Shown one piece after another: positions 55,848 through 64,000 of a stretch of 64,000 bases of DNA (position 1 is the first letter of the stretch; each line of letters opens with the position of its first letter). This DNA comes from Perkinsela sp. CCAP 1560/9. Lineage: Eukaryota > Protista > Euglenozoa: Kinetoplastea. The stretch is taken from positions 1-64,000 of the forward strand of contig CBFFSA010000008.1 in assembly GCA_965644495.1 (NCBI GenBank), in the 5' to 3' direction. The notes under the pieces were generated by a model. The model saw only the letters and a list, made by a program, of their open reading frames with translations. It was not told where the DNA came from and made no database searches. A program made the position numbers and the translations under genes.

Positions 55848-58800
55848 ATGGCGGACGCGTCCGGGCCACGAGAGTCCACTGAAATCATGAATCTTCTCTC
55901 GCGTTCCACGCTTGATCGGGGGGTTTTGTTTTATCCTTCCATGGGTAAATCAAGGCCTGCTAAACTCCGCGCGAGGTCGTTGCGCCAACTAGCGCGGCAG
56001 ATGTCTTCTGGGTGCGAACTGGCAGTTGTATGGAGGCTCGAGAATACATCAGATTTTAAGCTATGGGAGGGGGTCGTTGAACGTTGGAGTCCATTCCGTT
56101 CAGGATATCCTCGTAATGATGGTCGTTGGCGAGTGCTCTATGCTCAACGTCCGCGTGAAACACTTCCTTTTCCGCCTTATAATCCAGTAGTAGTACTGTG
56201 TGCAGCACGTCTGCGAGTGCCTAGGGATGTCTGTCGCAAGAAAAAGCGACATCGCAAATCGAGGAAACAGTCTGGCAAACGTTTTCTACGCGACTCGGAG
56301 GGTCCAAGAGACCTCGCTGTGAAGAAAATGCTCAGCATTGCAACATTAAACGTGACTACTCTAAAGCTGAAGGGTGATGATGAATTTTCTCTACGAAAAA
56401 GTGCTCATCTGTATGAGGTGATTGGTTTTATGAATCGGAAAGGAGTTCATATACTATGTATGCAGGAGACGCGCTACAGGTTTTCATCTACCGAAATGGC
56501 TGAAGTCCTACATCGCAAAGTACGTTACCGGAAAACGGATTATCATCTTTACCTCACATCGGCTCGCGCTAAAGACGCATATAATGGAATGGGTGTTATT
56601 AGCAGCACTCCACTGATTAATGTTTCAAAACTGACTGAGCGAATCATGGTAAGCGAATTTGAAATGGAGGACGGAGTTGGACACATTGTCAACGTTTATT
56701 CTCCTACTAGAGACTCTGCCGAGACAGAGATTACAGAGTTCCATGGGGATGTAGAATCCTGCTGCGCAGGAATTCGGGAGAACAATTTACACAGACCTCT
56801 CTTCGTTCTAGGTGACTTTAACTCACCACTTACACTTTTGACCAATAAGGATTTAGATCCACATGCAATTGCACGTTTCAAGGGATTATTGTGTTCAATC
56901 GGATGCAAATCTGCTCATGCTCTCTGTCCAAGCAGCCGAACATGGACATGCGAATTGCCAAACAACACACCAAAGAGTGAAAAACAAACGAACGTCAAGA
57001 AGCCAAAGAGAGTCTTGCGGCAATTGGATCACATATGTATTTGCAACAGATTTGCTTCTGCAATACAACGTCATAAAGTTATTATGGCACCTATTCCCAC
57101 AACGCACTGCTGTGAACAAGCGCTCGTAAAAATCAAGTGGAAATCAAGTACTTCAAAGGCATCAAAAATCATTCCTTGGTTTCAACTTCGTGATGAAACA
57201 AAACGAGCGGAGTACGTCAAGAATGTGCATAAGAAATATGAGCAAAATAGCGATGCACCAACCAAGTGGACAGCTCTCTCAAAATGCATTCTACAAGCAG
57301 CCAGAGAGCTCCACAGACCACAAAAACGGAATTCTGATAGAAAGCCCGCACGAGAGTCCATGGCTCATGGGCTTAGAGAGTTATACCAACAGAGTAAAAG
57401 TATAGCAACTTTTAAGAGCCTGGTTAAGGAGCATAGAGCAGAAGTCGAGACGGAAATCACCAATGAATGTGTAGAGCTCGAAAAAAGTATTAAGAAAAAC
57501 CACTCGAACCCATGGAGAACACTACGGCAAGTGTGCGGAACCTACCGCGTGTCCTTCACTACGCCTGGTAATGCAAAGAAAAATAAGCTCCAAGAGGTAC
57601 GTAAGCACTTTATGAATTTCACAGGGTACGATCGGGGAGACCCCAACATTTCTTTTAATGAAGTACATCTTCCCTTTATACCAATTTCAGATGGCAAGTT
57701 TACTGCCGAGGAGCTCTTTTATTCGCTTTCGCACTTCGGGAAGAATAGAGCCCCAGGGGGGGACGGTATTCCCATGGAGGCCTTACAAGCAATTTCGACA
57801 CATCAGGATTTTAGAGATTTATTGCTGGAGCTAATCAATGAAGTGCATGAAACAGGCGTTACCGAAGCATCATGGAAAGTCATTCTTCAAATACCTATTC
57901 CAAAGAAAGGGGATTTATCGCAGCTTTCAAACTGGCGCCCTATTTGCCTTGTAAACAGTATAGTCAAGCTGATGAATTTTATGATTCTTACTCGCATCCG
58001 CCCCAGCGTTGAACCACTTCTTCGAGACAATCAATACGGTTTTCGTCAAAATAGATCTACCGCTGGTGCGCAAACAATCATGAATGAAATAAAGTCCAAG
58101 GCATTTCGGAATAAAGGTGTTTGTGTAGCGTTCATTGATTTCGCAAAAGCATTCCCATCTGTATCTTTCGCTGCGATAAAAGCGAGTCTGAAAGCATTTC
58201 ACGTGGGCGTTCGTCTATCCGAAATGATCATGTCATTGTACTCAAATCTGAAAGGAGTAGTCCGCACACCTTTTGGTATCACAGATTCTTTTCCGATAAC
58301 TACAGGAATACTCCAAGGGGATGTGTTGGCCCCTTACCTTTTCGTGATGGTTATGGATCGCATTCTTAATAAGTCGCTGGACCTGGAAAATCGCGGATTA
58401 CTTTTGAGTTCAAGCGGGACAAGAAAACGGAACCTACAGGAAAAACGAATTTCTGATATTGATTTTGCAGATGACATTGTATTGTTCAGTGATACAAAGG
58501 AAGGTCTCCAGGAAATGATTGACGAAACGTCAAAGGATGCTTCCTTGGCGAACCTAAAGATAGCTGTAGGTGTTACAAAAACCGCATGGATACCTTTCGG
58601 TAAGGTTGCCGGCTCAAATAAGAATCTCCAGACAAAAGAACTGGAAAAGGTACCTAGAGTAGATTCGTATCGACATCTAGGGCATCTTCAAGACAATGAA
58701 ACATCATCTACAATCAAAGATCGTTTGAAACTTGCTTGGTCCTCATTTGCCCGCATGCGAGGAATATGGATTTCATCTTTAAGCTCTCATCTTAAACTCA

Positions 58801-59981
58801 GACTATACGACGTGCTTATATACCCTATTCTGAACTTTGGTTCAGGCGCATTGCACATTTCTCAAAAAATGTTGCGTTCGATTGATGTCGAAATTAATAC
58901 GATGAGAAGAATTGCATCTCAGTGCAACAAATTGGACGAGTATGGTTTTTGTTATCCTACAGACTCTCTCTACGTAAATACATCACGATTTTCCACCATT
59001 CACAAAGTTCAGAGAGCCAAACTTACCGGACACATGCTGAGACATTCTTCGAACTATCGAGAGCTGGTGCAATGGAGACATAAATCTAATTCGAGACGTC
59101 CTTCTCCAAGCGAAGCATGTATTTCAGACTTGGGTATAACTTTAGAAGAGGCATTGGTTTATGCTACAGATCGAGAACATTGGTTTCGTCTCACCGAAAA
59201 GCTAAAACTTTCACTTGAGCCAGTGGTTGACTACGAGCGTGCTACTACAAAAAAATGGAAAGCATTGAAAGCCACAGCTATCAAGAACAAGAGTTATAAA
59301 GAGCTACAATTTATTGAAGAATCTAGCGTGCCATTCCCCAAACTTAAATCTATACATTTCTACACGGATGGTTCAGTGAGAGTTTTGCGCGGAACACAAA
59401 CGGTGCGTAGCGGTGCTGGCGTTGTTTTCTTGAAGATTAAGGGTGACCCTGATTACTACTCTATTCCGTTGGAGGTGGGAACAAGTGAGAGGGCCGAATT
59501 ATTAGCATTTCGTGAGGCTATTTCGAAAATTCCAGAAGGATCACTCTCTTGCGTTTTTCATACTGATTCTTGTTACGTTTGGCAATATTTTCACAGTTTA
59601 AGATCACGTTTTCGCGTTGTAGGCTACATCGGAATTGCAAATGGAGACTTGATGGATCAAATCGACCATAAATTACGCGCGTTGAAGGGTCAAGGGGTAC
59701 AAATATACATGTGTAAAGTTAAATCTCACTCGGGAAATCCTTGGAACGAGGCAGCAGACTCGCTCGCATTGTCTGCATCTAGAAAGAAAGTAAGCGAACC
59801 TGAAATAAAGAGAAGAAAGTCTTCAAATTCGCAAACCACTGCTCAGCAGTTTGCAAAACGAAACGCGAAAAGTCAGCGTGCAGTGAAAGCCTCATCCGCG
59901 CCTAAACGTGAGGCAGAGGAAAGAGTTGTTATTCGCCAGAAAGTTACGAGAACTGGCGGTGGAAGGGGGACACCAAAGTAA
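55848..59981 (+). CDS. APE-RT-RNase H polyprotein, 1377 aa, paralogue of 44474-48742
   Basis: MQET, VYSP, GDFNS, LDHI, QGDVLAP, FADD, YTDGS, GNPWNEAAD. Confidence 0.93.
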   Translation: MADASGPRESTEIMNLLSRSTLDRGVLFYPSMGKSRPAKLRARSLRQLARQMSSGCELAVVWRLENTSDFKLWEGVVERWSPFRSGYPRNDGRWRVLYAQRPRETLPFPPYNPVVVLCAARLRVPRDVCRKKKRHRKSRKQSGKRFLRDSEGPRDLAVKKMLSIATLNVTTLKLKGDDEFSLRKSAHLYEVIGFMNRKGVHILCMQETRYRFSSTEMAEVLHRKVRYRKTDYHLYLTSARAKDAYNGMGVISSTPLINVSKLTERIMVSEFEMEDGVGHIVNVYSPTRDSAETEITEFHGDVESCCAGIRENNLHRPLFVLGDFNSPLTLLTNKDLDPHAIARFKGLLCSIGCKSAHALCPSSRTWTCELPNNTPKSEKQTNVKKPKRVLRQLDHICICNRFASAIQRHKVIMAPIPTTHCCEQALVKIKWKSSTSKASKIIPWFQLRDETKRAEYVKNVHKKYEQNSDAPTKWTALSKCILQAARELHRPQKRNSDRKPARESMAHGLRELYQQSKSIATFKSLVKEHRAEVETEITNECVELEKSIKKNHSNPWRTLRQVCGTYRVSFTTPGNAKKNKLQEVRKHFMNFTGYDRGDPNISFNEVHLPFIPISDGKFTAEELFYSLSHFGKNRAPGGDGIPMEALQAISTHQDFRDLLLELINEVHETGVTEASWKVILQIPIPKKGDLSQLSNWRPICLVNSIVKLMNFMILTRIRPSVEPLLRDNQYGFRQNRSTAGAQTIMNEIKSKAFRNKGVCVAFIDFAKAFPSVSFAAIKASLKAFHVGVRLSEMIMSLYSNLKGVVRTPFGITDSFPITTGILQGDVLAPYLFVMVMDRILNKSLDLENRGLLLSSSGTRKRNLQEKRISDIDFADDIVLFSDTKEGLQEMIDETSKDASLANLKIAVGVTKTAWIPFGKVAGSNKNLQTKELEKVPRVDSYRHLGHLQDNETSSTIKDRLKLAWSSFARMRGIWISSLSSHLKLRLYDVLIYPILNFGSGALHISQKMLRSIDVEINTMRRIASQCNKLDEYGFCYPTDSLYVNTSRFSTIHKVQRAKLTGHMLRHSSNYRELVQWRHKSNSRRPSPSEACISDLGITLEEALVYATDREHWFRLTEKLKLSLEPVVDYERATTKKWKALKATAIKNKSYKELQFIEESSVPFPKLKSIHFYTDGSVRVLRGTQTVRSGAGVVFLKIKGDPDYYSIPLEVGTSERAELLAFREAISKIPEGSLSCVFHTDSCYVWQYFHSLRSRFRVVGYIGIANGDLMDQIDHKLRALKGQGVQIYMCKVKSHSGNPWNEAADSLALSASRKKVSEPEIKRRKSSNSQTTAQQFAKRNAKSQRAVKASSAPKREAEERVVIRQKVTRTGGGRGTPK

Positions 59982-62722
59982 GTGTGAGTGCTTGCTGTGT
60001 ATCTCCGTACGTGTGCTAGAATATGCCTTGAGGAAGTTTTTATATTCCATTACTTTATGCGGTTTGTGTGCTCTAGTATTGGAGGCACAAAAACTCTGAA
60101 TTTGGAGGTGATAGAGATGGAAGTGTTTGATGTGAAAGTGCTAAGTATTTTAGCCGACTTTGTCGGTATTTTGGATTGGATTGGATTGGATTGAAACTTG
60201 TAGGCGAACATTTTCCGGAATTGTTCCCCTGGGCTAGCTGGTGCTATACGACAACTAGTGCTTTGACCTATCGTGACCACACACTCCTTTCGGATGAAGG
60301 CGTCCAACAGGGCGATCCCCTGGGACCACTTTTCTTTTCACTGGTCTCCTTGGAACTTGCAAAAGAAATCTATCACCAGGCCGACCTGGACTTGCAGCTA
60401 TGGTACCTAGACGACGGGATTCTCATTGGCAGGGCAGAAGACGTCAGGAATTCGTTGGATACAATCGCCAGAGTAGGTCCGCGATGGGGCCTATATCTGA
60501 ACATGTCCAAGTGCGAAATAATCACCCCCCCTGCCTCGGCTAACGTTGTAACCATATTTCCGGACATACCCGACGCCAAAATAAACGTGTGCGGTAACTT
60601 TAGTGTCCTAGGAAGCCCAATTGGGTCCCCTGAGTACTGTACTGAATATCTGCTGACACACGCGGTTGAGCCCGCTGAAATGGCCCTTGATGCCATAACC
60701 AGAATCCGGGACCCCCAGGTAGCCATGGCGCTAATTCGACAATGTGCTGGATTCTGCAAATTGGTACATGCTCTACGAACGACGCCCCCGCAATCAGTTA
60801 TGAACCTCTGCAAGCGGCTCGACGACTTCCTAATGCACGCGGTCGAATCCACTCTATGTCCTTTGCCTCCCTCCGCACGCGCCCAAATTCAGCGCTTGAA
60901 AAGACACGGAGGTTTCGGTTTAAAATCGGCGACCGTGCACGCATCCTCCGCTTACGCCTCCTCTGTAGTTTTCGCGGCGGCCACGGACTCATGGGATGCT
61001 TCAGAAGTGGAGGGCTTTCTACAATCGATTGAAGACGTGAATTCGAAAGTTGGTATCAGTCTACTCGACTCAAACGGACTCGTGCGTTCCATCCCGCGCC
61101 ATAAATGTGAAGAACTCTCCCCCAAAGCTCGCTTCACCAAGAGATCTCGCGAGGGAGAAACCAGACATCCCTTTGAACCCGCAAATCCGCCTTCCCTTCC
61201 TCGTGACCGCGCATTGCCTCATTCCGAAGACTTTCCACACGATACAAACCCCCTTTACGCATCCGAAGATTGCGTTGACGCGCAGCCACCCGACTGGGCA
61301 AGTAATAGCGTCCCCCGCCAAAAAGACATAAGTTACGCGATCTCTGCCACAGAGTTCTCGCACGCATATGAAAACGCCGACGCCCGGACTCGCGCACGCT
61401 GGGCTTCTCAGTGTGGTAAAGGAGCAAGCAGTTGGGCGTTCGTAACTCCTTCCAGAGACACGGGCCACGCCTTTAACCCCACAGAATTCCGCATCCTATC
61501 CCGCTGGTGGTTAGGTGTGCCCGTGTACGGGGAAGAAGGTACATGTCCCAAGGGGAACTGCACACTCCCATTGGACATACACGGCGATCACGCTCTCACA
61601 TGCAAGCACGGGGACGGTATCATCGGCCGTCACAACGCCTTGGCCGATCACTTTGCCGATACTTGCAGTAACGCACGCCTAGCTCCCCAACGGGAAAAAA
61701 GCCTCGGGAACCGGGGCCCCGGAGGCGCTCTGACTAGGCCCGGGGACGTCTTCCTTCCGAGTCTCTTCCTCGGGAAACCTATCGTGCTTGACTTCGCGGT
61801 CACTCACGCCCAGCAATCTAAATACACGGACACAGTCCGAAATGCTAGCTGGGTGGCCGCGGGGTCCTTCGCAGAGCATTATGCCTCAGAGCAGAAAGTC
61901 CGACAACGCCGTGAATCTGAAGATGCCGGAAGCGATTTCACAGCTATGGTGGTCGAGAGCTATGGCTCTTGGAGTGCCAGTGCTTTAGCCGTTCTCCGGA
62001 AGGTTGGAGAACGAAGGGCAAAAGCGTCCAACGGTATCTTGACAGACGAGGCCTCTACGCTCCGTCTCGTGACCGACATGAACGTAACATTGATGCGTTG
62101 CCAGGCACGCATGATGATTACGCGCCTGCCGGCTGTGGACCCCTTGCCCCCTTTAATCGAGCAATAGCACGATGACGGATGTGCAAGATGGGCCGCTCAG
62201 CCGGAACTCGAACAGCTGGTCCGGATGCTGGTCGATGCCGGCAGGGTCTATGCTCACGCCTAGTCCGCCAGGGCTAGGTACTCCAAGTGAGGTAGGACAT
62301 GGGTAGGGAACTTTGTTCCTCCCCGTCGGCCAGCATCATGCTCCGCGACCGTGCCGCTGTCGGCACAGGCCCATTGCTTGCGCCCTCTCGTACAACAAGA
62401 GAAGGGTTACCAAGGCAAGCTGGGAGAGGTCGAAAGACCCGGTCCGGAACGCGCGAATGGTTCGGGGAAAGTCTGCCCCTCCTAGCCGAGGGAGACCTTA
62501 CCCTCCCTGGAAAGCTGGTAAGATTGGTAAGGGGAAGTGGGTAAGATGGGAAAGCATGTATTTGCTAGTTATATATTTTGCTCGTTTTTAAAATGGGGGG
62601 AAGTGAGGGAAAGAAGTTGAGCAAGTAGGAAAGTAAGTGAGAAAGTCATACCGTACATACATATATAAAGTTAGAACTCGTACTCTTCCCCCCCTATTAT
62701 CTGCAAAAAAAAAAAAAAAAAA

Positions 62723-64000
62723 GGCAGGCTGACCCTCGCACTCGCGCACTGTGGGTTTCAGAGTCGGGTAAGGGAGCAGGTAGCTGGTCTTTCGTGACGC
62801 CCTCTAGGAGCAAAGGATACGCCTTCACACCAACAGAGTTCCGCACGCTGTCCCGCTGGTGGCTGGGATCCGACATATATCAAGAAGATCGCCCTTGCCC
62901 AGCGAAGGGATGCATATTACCTCTGCAGAAAAATGGGGAACATGCATTGTTATGTAAGAACGGACATGGCCTCATCACCCGTCACAACGCGGTCTGTGAG
63001 CAATTCACAGCATTCTGCAGAAAAGCCGACATAGCTCCGCAAAGGGAGAAAAGCCTGGGAAATCGTGGTCCAAGAGGGGGTCTCACCAGACCTGCTGACG
63101 TGTTTCTCCCGAATTACACCCTGGGAAGTGGTATGGTGTTAGACTTCGCAGTCACCCACGCACAGCAACTAAAGTATTTGGACTCTGTCCGGAATGCTAG
63201 CTGGGTGGCTGCGGGATCTTTCGCTGAACACTACTCAGCAACGAAGGATAAACAACGCCAGGAAGCGGAGGAAGCGAAATTACTTTTTACGGCCATGGTA
63301 GTTGAATCCTTTGGCTCGTGGAGTAAAAGCGCGATGGCTGTTTTGTGGAAGGTGGGGGCGTTACGCGCAAACGCGTCAAACGGTCTACTCACAGACACTC
63401 AAGCCCGAAATGACCTTCTCAAAGAGCTGAACGTGGCTCTCATGCGCTCCCAGGCCCGGATGATGGTCTCTAGGATAGTCGTCAGTGACCCTGACGCTCC
63501 CCTGGAAGGGGCCTAAGGGATCTCGGGAATACCCACTGGGACATAAACCGCTGGTCCGGATGCTGGTCGGTGCCGACAGGGTCTATGCTCACGCCTAGTC
63601 CGTCAGGGCTAGGTACCCCAAGTGAGGTAGGACAAGGGTAGGGAACTTTGTTCCTCCCCGTCGGCCAGCATCATGCTCCGCGACCGTGCCGCTGTCGGCA
63701 CAGGCCCATTGCTTGCGCCCTCTCGTACAACAAGAGAAGGGTTAACAAGGCAAGCTGGGAGTGGTCGAAAGACCCGGTTCGGAACATGCATGAGGAAGAT
63801 GGGAGCGCCCTCCCACATAACAAGGGAATGGTTCACAAGTCAGGCCGTGGAGAGGTCGAAAGACCCGGTCCGGAACGCGCGAATGGATTGGGTCTGGATT
63901 GCTTGTTTTTATTTTTACTGTGTCTTGTTTGTCGTATATACTTAGGGGAGATTGAATTGCTAGTTTTGGGCTGAGAAAAAAGAAAAAGAAAATATACTTC
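62723..64000 (+). mobile_element. 5'-truncated CRE family 2 element (RLE ORF to 63516, then 3'UTR)
   Basis: RPAD..LDF; 3'UTR nearly identical to 62215-62460. Confidence 0.88.

Larger units (their letters stand above)
52816..60190 (+). mobile_element. APE-RT-RNaseH non-LTR element E with 3-kb 5' 18-mer array and (TTGGA)4 tail
   Basis: 13-bp TSD TTGAAACTTGTAG at 52803-52815 and 60191-60203. Confidence 0.93.
50834..62722 (+). mobile_element. CRE family 2 element, full length with SL (50834-50870); ORF 50913-52815 + 60204-62167
   Basis: N-terminal Cys/His motifs, YLDD, RPGD..LDF, structured 3'UTR, poly(A) 62705-62722. Confidence 0.9.

Noticed and set aside
52764-55869. Long (LILIKR)n ORFs on the minus strand
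   Set aside because: By-product of an 18-bp period; the other 18-mer arrays give unrelated peptides, so there is no sign of coding selection

Overview
This is eukaryotic DNA, most likely euglenozoan (kinetoplastid/diplonemid-like), because it contains copies of a spliced-leader (SL)-like exon (…GATACAGTTTCTGTACCTTGTTG). No host gene is recognisable; the window is a nested mobile-element cluster. It holds: three families of CRE-clade RT/RLE non-LTR retrotransposons, several starting with the SL; three VIPER/TATE-like tyrosine-recombinase (YR) retrotransposons plus a solo A-B derivative; two intact APE-RT-RNase H non-LTR elements; a pogo-like DNA transposon; a TSD-less tandem Helitron-like element; and simple-repeat arrays. 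The most striking signal is that both APE-RT-RNaseH elements carry, inside their 13-bp TSDs, a 5' array of an 18-bp unit (about 5 and about 167 copies), and the last unit folds into a conserved hairpin with the element's 5' end. Related 18-mers (core TTTATTAAG/TAAGACCTT) also occur as orphan arrays in TSD-flanked insertions. This suggests reiterative, telomerase-like copying of a short RNA template during target-primed reverse transcription. A second signal is a Tudor/SH3-like domain apparently shared by the CRE, APE and YR element proteins. All calls were made by eye; no database searches were run.
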